This document shows, one piece after another, positions 30,050 through 39,798 of a DNA stretch of 64,000 nucleotides. Made by a program: the position numbers and the translations under genes. This DNA is from Gammaproteobacteria bacterium (GTDB lineage Bacteria; Pseudomonadota; Gammaproteobacteria; Eutrophobiales; Eutrophobiaceae): the NCBI GenBank assembly GCA_965221695.1, contig OZ244905.1, forward strand, positions 704,001-768,000, read 5' to 3'. The notes under the pieces are model-generated. The model made no database searches. It worked only from the letters and a program-made list of their open reading frames with translations, and was not told the DNA's origin. How positions within the stretch are numbered: the stretch's first letter is position 1; the number at the start of each line of letters is the position of its first letter.

Positions 30050-30649
30050 TTAGCGACATGGAAAATATTTCCTCGCCTTTTGTTGAACGGACTCGAGAAA
30101 CTCGCGTGCCAGTTCATCAGTGAGGCGTGACCCTACAGGACCAAAATGCAGGTGATCAATGACACTGATATTACAAAACTCGAGAGTAAATTTATCTTGT
30201 GTCAACCTGATTGCATCCATTTTTCCGGTCTGATTAAAATTATCAATCGTTGAACCTGAGGTTGTCACCAGCAGGCCTTTTTTATTCTCTAATAGTCCTG
30301 CCGTATGGTTCTTCCCGATACCATGCCCGTAGGCAAATCCATCCACCAGGACCCGGTCAATATAGCCTTTTAGGATTGCGGGAAATGATAACCACCAGAT
30401 TGGTGAAATAAAGGTGATTACATCAGCCCAAAGAATAAACTGTTGTTCGGTTTTAACATCATCTTCATAGTCACCGCTATGTCCTGCCGCCAGGTCTTTT
30501 GCGGTTGCCACCGGATTGAATTTCAGTCTGTACAAATCCCGGATTTCAACCTGGTGTCCCAGGTCTGATAAAGCGGATACATAAGCCTGTTTCAACTGCA
30601 TGTTAAAACTATTGCTTCTGGGATGTGCAAATACGATAAGGTGTTTCAT
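30050..30649 (-). CDS. NAD(P)H:quinone dehydrogenase (flavodoxin-2 fold)
   Basis: AHP...SFN, DLY...FNPV and PIWW.SFPAILKGYIDRV motifs. Confidence 0.92.
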   Translation of the reverse strand: MKHLIVFAHPRSNSFNMQLKQAYVSALSDLGHQVEIRDLYRLKFNPVATAKDLAAGHSGDYEDDVKTEQQFILWADVITFISPIWWLSFPAILKGYIDRVLVDGFAYGHGIGKNHTAGLLENKKGLLVTTSGSTIDNFNQTGKMDAIRLTQDKFTLEFCNISVIDHLHFGPVGSRLTDELAREFLESVQQKARKYFPCR

Positions 30650-30691
30650 AATCCAGTCATTTTCATAGTTGCGCCGCTATTGCAAGATTTG

Positions 30692-31369
30692 TTAATTGGC
30701 CAGAACTATCAAGGCATCCACAGCAATGGCATTACCGTTTTCAATGATTAACGGGTTGATATCCACTTCCGCAACATGGACATGTTCCAGACATAAATCT
30801 CCCACTGCAATCAAGTAATTGATTAATTTTTCAGTATTGACTTCGCCCATACCCCGAAAATTCCCCAGCAGGGCTGATGCGCTGATTTCATTGATCATCT
30901 GTTCAGCATCAAATGCACTGATTGGCGCCAGTCTCATTGATACATCTTTATATACCTCAGTAAACACCCCTCCAAGTCCAAATGTGACTACAGGTCCGAA
31001 CTGAGCGTCGCGTTTGGCGCCAAGCAGGAACTCTCTTGCCCCTGATGCCATTTGTTGTACCAGTATCTGTCCCCTTCCCTGCATGATGTTCAATAACTCG
31101 GCGAAATGATGCCGGAGTTCCTCCTTGTCCCTGATCCCCACCCGAACCAGTCCCAATTCGCTTTTATGGCTGAACTCGGGCCCTGACCCTTTCATGACTA
31201 CAGGAAATCCAATTTCCTCGGCAGCCTTTAGTCCCTGATCGAGGCTATCGACAACTTTCTCCACAGTGACTGAAATACCATACTCAGCGATAACTTTTTT
31301 TGAATCCGCCTCAGACAAAGTGTTTTGTCCGGCAACAATATAACGATTGAGAATGTCCTCAACGCTCAT
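30692..31369 (-). CDS. ADP-forming acyl-CoA synthetase, ATP-grasp (beta) subunit
   Basis: GFPVVMK, HKSELGLV, D.QFGPVV.FGLGG.F.E, EVDINPL, AVDA. Confidence 0.9.
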   Translation of the reverse strand: MSVEDILNRYIVAGQNTLSEADSKKVIAEYGISVTVEKVVDSLDQGLKAAEEIGFPVVMKGSGPEFSHKSELGLVRVGIRDKEELRHHFAELLNIMQGRGQILVQQMASGAREFLLGAKRDAQFGPVVTFGLGGVFTEVYKDVSMRLAPISAFDAEQMINEISASALLGNFRGMGEVNTEKLINYLIAVGDLCLEHVHVAEVDINPLIIENGNAIAVDALIVLAN

Positions 31370-32784
31370 TGCGCTTGTGCCGATACGAAACTTTCCCGGA
31401 ATTTCGCGTAACGGAGCAGATAGGAAAATGTCTTCACTGCATCGTGCGAAGAAAGGAAAGTCGGGACTTTATTGTCAAGCAACATCCGGTAGCCATCTTT
31501 GGACAGCGTAACAGCGCCAGTCCACCCTACAATGATTGGTTTTTTGGCTCCCTTTGCCAGCTTGCTGATTTCAACGCCATAAAATGTAGCCCTTGGTTCC
31601 GCAACCATGGTGACCAGCAACAATACGCCATCAATATTATCCTGTGCCAATACTTCCCTGACAGTATCCTGATAGCCGGATTTATACGAGCGAATTTGCC
31701 CGGTAACATCTATCGGGTTAGCGGTTGAAGCAAATTCCGGCAGAACATTACGCAAGGAGGCTCTGGCATCTTCCTTGAGTTCGGGAATCTCCAAACCAAA
31801 GCGGTAACAATCATCCGCTGCCACACCACAAATACCTCCTGACGCAGAAATGATACCTACTTTAGGACCAGCCGGGTATTTGCCGGCTGACCAACTGAAA
31901 GCACGCGCAACAGGCAGCAAGTCTGCCGCATCATCTACCCGCACCACGCCAAATTGCTTACAAACTGCGTCAAAAACCTTATTTGAACCCGCAATCGCGC
32001 CTGTATGAGATGTCACCGTTTTTGCAGCCACATCCGACAGGCCTGTCTTGTACACAACGATAGGCTTTCCGGCCTTCGCGGCCTTTTTGCAAGCCTCAAC
32101 AAAAGCGAATCCATCCCGAATACCTTCTATAAACAGCGCAAGTACACGCACCTCTTCCAGTTCAATTACGTAATTCATATATTCATGGAGCTGTATATCC
32201 GTTTCGTTCCCGGTTGCTGCCCAATGGCTGAAACCCACACCCTCTTCAAGTCCCCGGCCCAACATTGACCCACCCAAAGCGCCGCTTTGAGTCAGGAAAG
32301 CTATATCTCCTTTCTTGAAAGTCTCTATCTGACAAACCATCGATATACAGGCTACAAAGGAATGAAGGTTTCCTATAATTCCCGCAGAGTTGGGACCACA
32401 AAAACGAATACCTGCATCAGTACAAATCGATTTCAATTGTGCTTCCAGTTTACTTTCACCTGCATCACTGAAACCTGAAGAAAATACTATCGCAGCTTTC
32501 ACACCTTTGTTGGCACACTGACGCATAACGGGGATGGTGTGTTTGGCAGGGACAAGTACAAGCGCCAGGTCCACTTCCTCAGGAATATCCTCCACCGAAG
32601 GATAGCACTTGTGCCCTGCGACGCTGTTGTGTCTGGGATTGACCGGATATATATCGCCGGCAAATCCATGCTTGATCAAATGAGCAATAGCCGCTGTGCC
32701 CATTTTGGGAGACCCGGTGACTGAATCGCCCTCAGACGCGCCAACAATCGCTACAGATTTTGGTGAGAAAATTCGGTCAAGCAC
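31366..32784 (-). CDS. ADP-forming acyl-CoA synthetase, CoA-binding (alpha) subunit
   Basis: P.SVAIVGAS, YPVNP, GPNS.G, QSG, GNE.D, SHTG (phospho-His) and NPID motifs. Confidence 0.9.
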   Translation of the reverse strand: MLDRIFSPKSVAIVGASEGDSVTGSPKMGTAAIAHLIKHGFAGDIYPVNPRHNSVAGHKCYPSVEDIPEEVDLALVLVPAKHTIPVMRQCANKGVKAAIVFSSGFSDAGESKLEAQLKSICTDAGIRFCGPNSAGIIGNLHSFVACISMVCQIETFKKGDIAFLTQSGALGGSMLGRGLEEGVGFSHWAATGNETDIQLHEYMNYVIELEEVRVLALFIEGIRDGFAFVEACKKAAKAGKPIVVYKTGLSDVAAKTVTSHTGAIAGSNKVFDAVCKQFGVVRVDDAADLLPVARAFSWSAGKYPAGPKVGIISASGGICGVAADDCYRFGLEIPELKEDARASLRNVLPEFASTANPIDVTGQIRSYKSGYQDTVREVLAQDNIDGVLLLVTMVAEPRATFYGVEISKLAKGAKKPIIVGWTGAVTLSKDGYRMLLDNKVPTFLSSHDAVKTFSYLLRYAKFRESFVSAQAQ

Positions 32785-32787
32785 AAA

Positions 32788-34578
32788 TTACCTTCCCATC
32801 AATGGCGAGAGATCACTCCAGTCATACGGGAAGGGAGTTGTTCCTTCCTTAACCACTGCCGGCACTGCATACCGGGTAACATCTGTGGCACTGTCAACAT
32901 TAATCTGGCATAGCGCTCCGGATTCAAGCGCTTCTTTCAATGCCGGTTTAAATTCATCCGGTTTGCTTACTCGCCACACTCGAGCGCCCATAGCCTCACC
33001 CAGGCTATCAAGGTCAGGATTCCAAGGCTCACCGGTCTTCTCAATGCGGTAATGGTCTCCCACACCCCTCCCAAATCGCCTTTTTGCTCCTTCAACTTCT
33101 GCTTGTATCGTTTTGTTATCGAAAACTACAATGACACCGGAAAAGCCATACTCTGTACAGGTCGCCAGCGCGGTTGCGCAATGGAGATAAGCCTGGTCTC
33201 CACAAAATGAAACCATCGGATGCTCCGGGCGAGCTAAACCATTAGCGATCAGGGCTGGCGGCGTAAAACCCATTTGCCCAAACTGTTGTGTGTTATGCCC
33301 GATATAAGGATGGCGTAATTCATAAAATGCAGGAATGTAATTCATGATAAAGCCCGCATCGCTTGTAATGGAAGTCTGCGGGTCGAAATCATTGATGACA
33401 TCCGAAGCATCCTTGACTATGCGCGCATACTCCATAGGCGCAATATCAGAAGTGACAAGCGGCACTACTTCCCGGTTCCACTCCCGGCGCCAGGTTTCTA
33501 TTTGACCGATCCACGCTGAGAGGTCTTTGGATATCGCTCCTTCCGTATCCAGTGTTTCGAGCAGACCACGCAGCCCCAGTGCGGCATCCGACACAATTGC
33601 AACATCAGCGGAATAAATACGGCCTATTTCAGCAGGGTCAATATCGATATGAATCAACTTCTGGGTGTTTGGAATATCAAAAAAGTTCCAACCTGCGGTA
33701 TTCAAATCATTGAAACGCACACCGATACCAATTATCAGGTCCGCATGATTTATCGCGTTCACCGCCTGACCCGTGCCTGAGCGATTGCTTACACCTAAGG
33801 AAAGTGGATGATTTTCCGGAATTGAACCTTTACCACCAAATGTCGTTGCGACAGGGATACTGGTTTTTTCAGAGAATGCCAGGAGTTCTTCCCACGCCCT
33901 GGAGTTATGCACACCCGAACTGCAATATACAACAGGACGTTCAGCCTCGCCTATCAATGCCGCTGCTTCTCTTAACGCGCGAGGATCAGGAGCTGGTTTT
34001 GCTACCTGTACTTGCCTGACATGATATTCAGTGATGTTAACATCTACTTCCGTATTTTGGACATCCAGGGGCATGTACAGAACAACAGGACCAGGTCGTC
34101 CGCTAATTGCAGTTTTATACGCGCGGATCAATGTATCCAACACCGTATCCGGACGAATCGTCATAACCGCCATCTTTGTGATGGGCTTTAGCATCTGCAC
34201 AAACTCATCGTCGCCGTAGCGGTAAACTTCCTGAATTCCACCCCGGCCATGCCATTTTGTCGGGCCACCGCCCATCAGGCACAGCATGGGCGTGGAATCA
34301 AAGAATGCTTCAGCAATACCGGGAATGGTGTTGAAGTTTCCGGGCCCCACCGTGGTGCAGGTAACGGGAAGCGGCCCATGTCTGCGCAAGCGCCAGTCCA
34401 TATCAGCCGCATGTATCGCCTGCACTTCGTGCCTGGTGCGGATACCTTTTATCTCTGCATCATATTCCAGGGCATCAAGAAGTCCCCAATTGGAATGTCC
34501 GTTGTAAAAATAATACCGATCCGTTCCCATTTTTTTCAGGAAGGTTGCAACTACTTGCGCTGCCGTCATTTTTGTCAT
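32788..34578 (-). CDS. Thiamine diphosphate-dependent enzyme (IolD/acetolactate synthase superfamily)
   Basis: GHSN, RHE, TTVGPG..N, GRPGPV...PLDVQ, IHIDIDP.EIGR, FGQMGF; ThDP motif is GDQA...DN. Confidence 0.9.
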   Translation of the reverse strand: MTKMTAAQVVATFLKKMGTDRYYFYNGHSNWGLLDALEYDAEIKGIRTRHEVQAIHAADMDWRLRRHGPLPVTCTTVGPGNFNTIPGIAEAFFDSTPMLCLMGGGPTKWHGRGGIQEVYRYGDDEFVQMLKPITKMAVMTIRPDTVLDTLIRAYKTAISGRPGPVVLYMPLDVQNTEVDVNITEYHVRQVQVAKPAPDPRALREAAALIGEAERPVVYCSSGVHNSRAWEELLAFSEKTSIPVATTFGGKGSIPENHPLSLGVSNRSGTGQAVNAINHADLIIGIGVRFNDLNTAGWNFFDIPNTQKLIHIDIDPAEIGRIYSADVAIVSDAALGLRGLLETLDTEGAISKDLSAWIGQIETWRREWNREVVPLVTSDIAPMEYARIVKDASDVINDFDPQTSITSDAGFIMNYIPAFYELRHPYIGHNTQQFGQMGFTPPALIANGLARPEHPMVSFCGDQAYLHCATALATCTEYGFSGVIVVFDNKTIQAEVEGAKRRFGRGVGDHYRIEKTGEPWNPDLDSLGEAMGARVWRVSKPDEFKPALKEALESGALCQINVDSATDVTRYAVPAVVKEGTTPFPYDWSDLSPLMGR

Positions 34579-34643
34579 AGTCAATTCCCAAGCGCTCTGG
34601 ATATTATAGAATCTCCGGGTAGTATATTTTGAAAACACACAAA

Positions 34644-34662
34644 TATTATTGTTCCATTAACA
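34644..34662. promoter_or_regulatory. Putative 19-bp operator, site 4
   Basis: Reverse strand reads TGTTAATGGAACAATAATA; between the divergent ThDP enzyme and ALDH. Confidence 0.65.
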
Positions 34663-34740
34663 TTTACATTAGTCTATAATCAAATGTATTGCAATACGTA
34701 AATATTCATTTCTCCGTAAGCCAGCCTGTAACAGTTCTCA

Positions 34741-36177
34741 ATGTATAACCGGATGTTAATTGATAACAAGTGGTGCGACAGCATCAGTGGTCGTGAATTT
34801 GTGTCAATAAACCCTGCCAGCGAAGAAGAAATAACAGCTATTCCGCTGGCGAGCAAAGAAGATGTTGATGCCGCCGTTACTTCCGGCAGGCGCGCTTTCA
34901 AGGAGTGGAAAAAAACCACGCCACAGGAACGGGCCGGCCTGCTAAACCAGTTGGCAAATCTATTGGAGGAAAACAAAGACGAGATTGCACGGCTCGAAAC
35001 TCTGGATATGGGGAAACCTTTAAGGGAATCATATACAAATATCGCTCGTTCTGTTACGACAGCCCGTTACTATGCCGGCGCCGCAGATAAATTTGAAGGC
35101 AACAGCTACCCTGTTGACTCAAATACATATAACTTTTCCGTCTACGAACCCCTTGGTGTTACTGCTCATATAACCCCATGGAATTATCCTCTTGCCAACG
35201 TGATGAGGTCGCTACCAACCGCAATTGCCGCCGGTTGTACTGTTATTGTAAAGCCGGCATTGGATACAACGTTATCGTCGCTTTTTTTGGCCAAGCTTTG
35301 TGTCGATGCAGGTTTTCCACCAGGAGTTATCAATGTTATCAGTGGTTCCGGTACGGAGACAGGCGCTGCCCTGGCCAAGCACCCGGGTGTAGCTGGAATT
35401 ACATTCACCGGGTCCGTTTCGACAGGAACAAAAATCATGAAGTCCGCCTCTCTGACAATAAAGCCGGTCGTGCTTGAATTAGGGGGTAAGAATCCTCAGG
35501 TGGTATTTTCAGATGCAGATATCGAACATGCCGTTAATGAGACCGTGCGCGGCGCATATACCAATGCCGGTCAGGTCTGTACATCTGTGAGTCGGCTGCT
35601 TATCGAAAAACCTGTTTACACTGACTATATCGAACGTTTGAAACACAGGCTCGAATCATTAACTATTGACGATGGTATGAATAACCCTGATATCGGTCCT
35701 CTGGTAAGTCAGAAACATTACAACGATGTAGCGAATTATGTCGCAATTGCCAAGTCAGAAGGGGCCAAACTTGTAACGGGCGGAAGTCGGGCTGATAAAT
35801 TTGATAGAGGATATTTTTATACGCCTACATTGTATGCAGACGTCACAAACAACATGCGGATTGCGCAGGAAGAAGTGTTTGGTTTAGTCCTGTCCGCGAT
35901 GTCATTTGAAAATGAGCAGCAAGCGCTGGCAATTGCCAATGATTCTCCATTTGGTCTGACCTCTGGTATTTTTACAAAAGATATTGACCGGGCTATGCGC
36001 TTTGCAAAAGATATGGAAGCCGGTATGGTCTGGGTGAATAAGTGGTTTCAAAGCCCTGTTCAAGTCCCTCACGGGGGTGTCAAGACAAGCGGGTTAGGTA
36101 GGGAACAGGGAATGATTGCCCTCAGAAACTACTCTCAGGTCAAAGACATATCAATCTTTATCAGCAATCAATCCTGA
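34741..36177 (+). CDS. Aldehyde dehydrogenase
   Basis: ITPWNYP, FTGS..TG, ELGGK, GQVC and EEVFG motifs. Confidence 0.95.
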   Translation: MYNRMLIDNKWCDSISGREFVSINPASEEEITAIPLASKEDVDAAVTSGRRAFKEWKKTTPQERAGLLNQLANLLEENKDEIARLETLDMGKPLRESYTNIARSVTTARYYAGAADKFEGNSYPVDSNTYNFSVYEPLGVTAHITPWNYPLANVMRSLPTAIAAGCTVIVKPALDTTLSSLFLAKLCVDAGFPPGVINVISGSGTETGAALAKHPGVAGITFTGSVSTGTKIMKSASLTIKPVVLELGGKNPQVVFSDADIEHAVNETVRGAYTNAGQVCTSVSRLLIEKPVYTDYIERLKHRLESLTIDDGMNNPDIGPLVSQKHYNDVANYVAIAKSEGAKLVTGGSRADKFDRGYFYTPTLYADVTNNMRIAQEEVFGLVLSAMSFENEQQALAIANDSPFGLTSGIFTKDIDRAMRFAKDMEAGMVWVNKWFQSPVQVPHGGVKTSGLGREQGMIALRNYSQVKDISIFISNQS

Positions 36178-36193
36178 ATAGGAAGCCGTGTTA

Positions 36194-36223
36194 GGAAAGC
36201 TCTGACTTAATCACAGAGGTTCC
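36194..36223. repeat. Short palindromic MITE-like element, copy F
   Basis: TTA-GGAAAGCTCTGA-CTTAATCA-CAGAGGTTCC between convergent genes. Confidence 0.75.
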
Positions 36224-36271
36224 CTGAGAGATTCTTATACGCTCAGAATTTACTCGGCATTTTGCCGTATT

Positions 36272-37000
36272 TCAGGAAACGAGAAACCCCCCGTCAATGT
36301 CAAGCACAGTTCCGGTTACGTATGTTGCCTGCATGGAATAAATATAAGCAATAGCCGTCTCCTCGATCGTCGCAACTTTACCCACCGGATTTATGGCTGA
36401 AAATTTTTCATTTAAGTGACTCCACAAACCGTCTTCAATATCACTGTAGATCGGCGTTTCCACCAGGCCCGGTGAGACCACGTTTACTCTTGTTGGCGCC
36501 AACTCCCGCGCGCCATACATTGCCAATCCCTCTATAGCACAGTTATTAGGCCCAATGACCGAGTGTTTATCGACAAAACGTCTGGCAGCTACTCCGGATG
36601 TTAAAGTAATAGAGCCGTCTTTTTTTACCGAAGAGGCGCCGATTTGCATCGTCATGAATTGCGACCAATACTTGGATAGCATGAATACCTTCGCTTTTTC
36701 CAGATTAATCTCGTGAATTGGCGCCATGGCTGCTGGGAGCACATCCGGACTGGCAGAATGTTGCGTACAAACGAGGTGGTCAATCTGGCCTGTCTGGGAA
36801 AACATATTACGTATTGAATTTTCGTCGTTTGCATCCACCTTGATAAATTTTGCACCCTGAAGATCATCAGCAGACCTATCCGGGTTTCTGCTTGCTACTG
36901 TAACCTGCATACCTTCATTCAGGGCAGCCATGGCAACGCCAAGACCGATACCACGACTGCCGCCGACGATGAGCAGCCTGGAATTTTCCAGAGATTTCAT
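36272..37000 (-). CDS. Atypical SDR (paralog 3)
   Basis: GGSRGIG, ITLTSG, RVNVVSPG, TG.VLDIDGG; lacks YxxxK. Confidence 0.88.
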   Translation of the reverse strand: MKSLENSRLLIVGGSRGIGLGVAMAALNEGMQVTVASRNPDRSADDLQGAKFIKVDANDENSIRNMFSQTGQIDHLVCTQHSASPDVLPAAMAPIHEINLEKAKVFMLSKYWSQFMTMQIGASSVKKDGSITLTSGVAARRFVDKHSVIGPNNCAIEGLAMYGARELAPTRVNVVSPGLVETPIYSDIEDGLWSHLNEKFSAINPVGKVATIEETAIAYIYSMQATYVTGTVLDIDGGFLVS

Positions 37001-37041
37001 ATGGATATTACCTCGTCAATACAATTTAATCAGATGGCTTC

Positions 37042-38148
37042 TCAATTGAATTTAAGAATTGGTTTTATTGTTCTACCTTCCTCAAGATCCTTAGCGGCAT
37101 TATTTATGTCTTTGAATTCATAGTATTTTACTATTTCATCAAGCGGGAAGCGGCCTTGCTGATAAAGATCAATCAATTGGGGTATAAGTATGTCCGGAAT
37201 GGTATCCCCGGCAAGGATCCCTCTTATTGTCTTTCCCTTGAATAACTCGTATATGTCAATTTCCAGTTTCGACCCCATGGGAGCGACACCTACCACACCA
37301 CAAATTCCTGTCTGTGACAAACAACGAAATGCCTGAGAAAGCACCTCCGGCACTCCGTTGGCCCAAAGAGAATAAGCAGCACCCCGCCCCCCAGTGATCT
37401 CTTTGATAGCCTCTACAGGATCAGCTTCTTTCGCGTTGACTGTATGAGTGGCGCCCAATTCCAAAGCTTGTTTGAGCCGGTTTTGAATGATATCGACCGC
37501 GATAATTTCCGCCACACCTGAAACCTTCGCAGCCATGATAGCTGCCATTCCCACTGACCCTGACCCGAAAACGGCAAGGGAAGAACCCAAGGGTACGGAC
37601 AAAGAACGCAGAACGGCGCCTGCCCCTGTTTGGAAACCGCAGCCAAGCGGACCAAGCAGTTCAATCGGCACGTCCTTGTCTACCTTTACAACACCGTCTT
37701 CAGTTACGAGCGCGTAGTTGGAAAACGATGACTGTCCCATAAATGCAGACGATAAGTTTTCAAATTTATCCGAACTTAACAAACTTGTGTCTCTCTTACC
37801 TGTCCCGGAAAATATCCATTGCTGCGTTTTTGGGCAATAAGTGGGCTTTCCGGACTGACATTGGTCGCAAACACCACAATGTGGATATGTCAAAACAACA
37901 TGGTCGCCTGGCGCTACCTTTTGAACACCATCACCTACTGCTTCAACAACTCCTGAACCTTCATGTCCCAATACAGCAGGCATCGCGAAAGGTAAATAAC
38001 CATCTCTGACTGACAAATCGGTATGGCATAACCCTGTTGCTGCCAACTTAACACGTACCTCACCGAAACGAAGTTCATCACTCAAACTGACCTCCATCAG
38101 TTCGAATGGTTTGCCAACATCATGAGTAACAGCAACAGTTGTCTGCAC
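37042..38148 (-). CDS. Zn-dependent aryl/benzyl-alcohol dehydrogenase
   Basis: CHTD, GHEGSG, C..C..C.......C, LLGPLGCGFQTGAGAV. Confidence 0.9.
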   Translation of the reverse strand: MQTTVAVTHDVGKPFELMEVSLSDELRFGEVRVKLAATGLCHTDLSVRDGYLPFAMPAVLGHEGSGVVEAVGDGVQKVAPGDHVVLTYPHCGVCDQCQSGKPTYCPKTQQWIFSGTGKRDTSLLSSDKFENLSSAFMGQSSFSNYALVTEDGVVKVDKDVPIELLGPLGCGFQTGAGAVLRSLSVPLGSSLAVFGSGSVGMAAIMAAKVSGVAEIIAVDIIQNRLKQALELGATHTVNAKEADPVEAIKEITGGRGAAYSLWANGVPEVLSQAFRCLSQTGICGVVGVAPMGSKLEIDIYELFKGKTIRGILAGDTIPDILIPQLIDLYQQGRFPLDEIVKYYEFKDINNAAKDLEEGRTIKPILKFN

Positions 38149-38239
38149 TTTTCACCTCTCAAACGATAATATGCCGATAAATTCCCATAGTCGGATGAAG
38201 CCCCAAGCTCTTCCATCCTAACATAACAGAAAGAACAAT

Positions 38240-38258
38240 TGTTAATGTTATGGTAACA
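38240..38258. promoter_or_regulatory. Putative 19-bp operator, site 5
   Basis: TGTTAATGTTATGGTAACA between the divergent ADH and Rrf2 genes. Confidence 0.7.
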
Positions 38259-38453
38259 CTAATTTTATCTAATGATCCATCCATTAATCAGCATCATGTC
38301 CGATAATTTTCCCGGCGCCGGGCGCTTTCATGGAAAACGGGAAATTAAGGGCGATAATCAGCCGTTACTATTGTGATAAAATTCAGTTATCCTACTCATT
38401 CCAATAAATCAATCTATTTTATTATTTTCCCTTGTAGAGGCTCTGGATCTTCT

Positions 38454-38858
38454 GTGTCAAAGTCAGTCAGACTAGCAACTGCTATTGAAATTCTGGTGTA
38501 CATGGCCGAGCATTTGCCTGAGCCGGTAACCACTAAAGATATAGCAATGTCATTGCAGCAGCATCCGGCACGCGTGCGGCAGTTGGTGTCAGACCTTGTG
38601 AAGAAGGGAATACTTTCAACAACAAGGGGAACCGGAGGTGGTTCCTCCCTGGCAAGGATGCCTGCTGAGATAACATTAGAAGACATTTACCTGGCTGTAG
38701 AAGAACAGTCTGTCCTTTCAGTATTTACCCACGACGCAAAAAAGCAGGATGATTTACAGCAACAAGTCAATACACTGTTTGAAACATTTGAAAACAAACT
38801 CATGAATGATATGCGAAGCTATTCGTTAACATACTTCCTGAATAAGAACTCAAGGTAG
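38454..38858 (+). CDS. Rrf2-family transcriptional regulator (Cys-less)
   Basis: A...LVYMA, DIA.SL..HP..VR.L..DLVK.G, RG.GGG..LAR....ITL.DIY.AVE. GTG start at 38454. Confidence 0.9.
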   Translation: MSKSVRLATAIEILVYMAEHLPEPVTTKDIAMSLQQHPARVRQLVSDLVKKGILSTTRGTGGGSSLARMPAEITLEDIYLAVEEQSVLSVFTHDAKKQDDLQQQVNTLFETFENKLMNDMRSYSLTYFLNKNSR

Positions 38859-38932
38859 CCTTGAGGTTCCCTGAGTCTTTTCGAACAGGCAAGTGCCAAT
38901 AATGAGCCAAGTTTGTAGTGAGGGCTGAAATT

Positions 38933-39739
38933 ATGTCAATTTTACAAGGTAAAGTAATACTTATTACAGGCGCAGCAGGCGGCATCGGAAAAGCTGCAAG
39001 TGATCTGCTTGCCAGAAACCAAGCCACTGTTATCGCCACTGATATCAATGATGGAATCGGTATGGATTTCGTTTCCCGTTTGTCCGATAAAAACTATGCC
39101 ATTGATTACCAACACCTTGACGTAACCAATGAAGAACAATGGATAAACACAATTGAGGCCATAGTAAATAAACATAAAAAAATCGATGTGCTGGTAAATA
39201 ACGCAGGCGTAACTATGGGGGGGTTGTTGGAGAATATGGCCTTTGAGGATTGGAGATATATTCTAGGTGTCAACCTGGATGGCGCATTTCTGGGAACAAA
39301 ACATGCAATTAGAGCAATGAAACATACGGGTGGCGTGATTATCAACGTATCCTCGATAACGGCAATACAAGCCTTTCCATTTACCGGCGCCGCCGGTTCC
39401 AGTAAATCCGCCCTGAATCAGTTGACTAAAGTTGCGGCCCAGGAATGCGCCAGAGAGAATTACCCGATCAGAATAAATTGCGTCAATCCCGGCGCAGTGG
39501 ATACCTTGCTCTGGTCGGAGCAAGGATGGTCATCCAGTTCTGATTACATAGATCATGAGGAGCATGCCAGACAGGAAATCATGAATGAAATTCCCCTGAA
39601 ACGATTTGCAGACCCTGCGGAAATTGCTCAGGGGATATTATTCTTGGCCAGTGATGCTTCCTCCTACATGCACGGATCTGAAATTACCATAGACGGCGGC
39701 GTTACTTCAGGGCATTCAGGAAGAAGAGTGACCAAATGA
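38933..39739 (+). CDS. SDR (cyclopentanol dehydrogenase/HSD-like), catalytic Tyr replaced
   Basis: TGAAGGIG, LVNNAG, INVSS, IRINCVNPG, FLASD.SSY..G; AGSSK in place of YxxxK. Confidence 0.88.
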   Translation: MSILQGKVILITGAAGGIGKAASDLLARNQATVIATDINDGIGMDFVSRLSDKNYAIDYQHLDVTNEEQWINTIEAIVNKHKKIDVLVNNAGVTMGGLLENMAFEDWRYILGVNLDGAFLGTKHAIRAMKHTGGVIINVSSITAIQAFPFTGAAGSSKSALNQLTKVAAQECARENYPIRINCVNPGAVDTLLWSEQGWSSSSDYIDHEEHARQEIMNEIPLKRFADPAEIAQGILFLASDASSYMHGSEITIDGGVTSGHSGRRVTK

Positions 39740-39798
39740 GGAATGAAAAGTGTTCCGGTATACAGACGTTATCGTGAAGCAAAATTCCCTGGAACTCA

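Noticed and set aside
32788-34578. Biosynthetic acetolactate synthase (ilvB/ilvI)
   Set aside because: No small subunit or ilvC, divergent motifs and a catabolic context.
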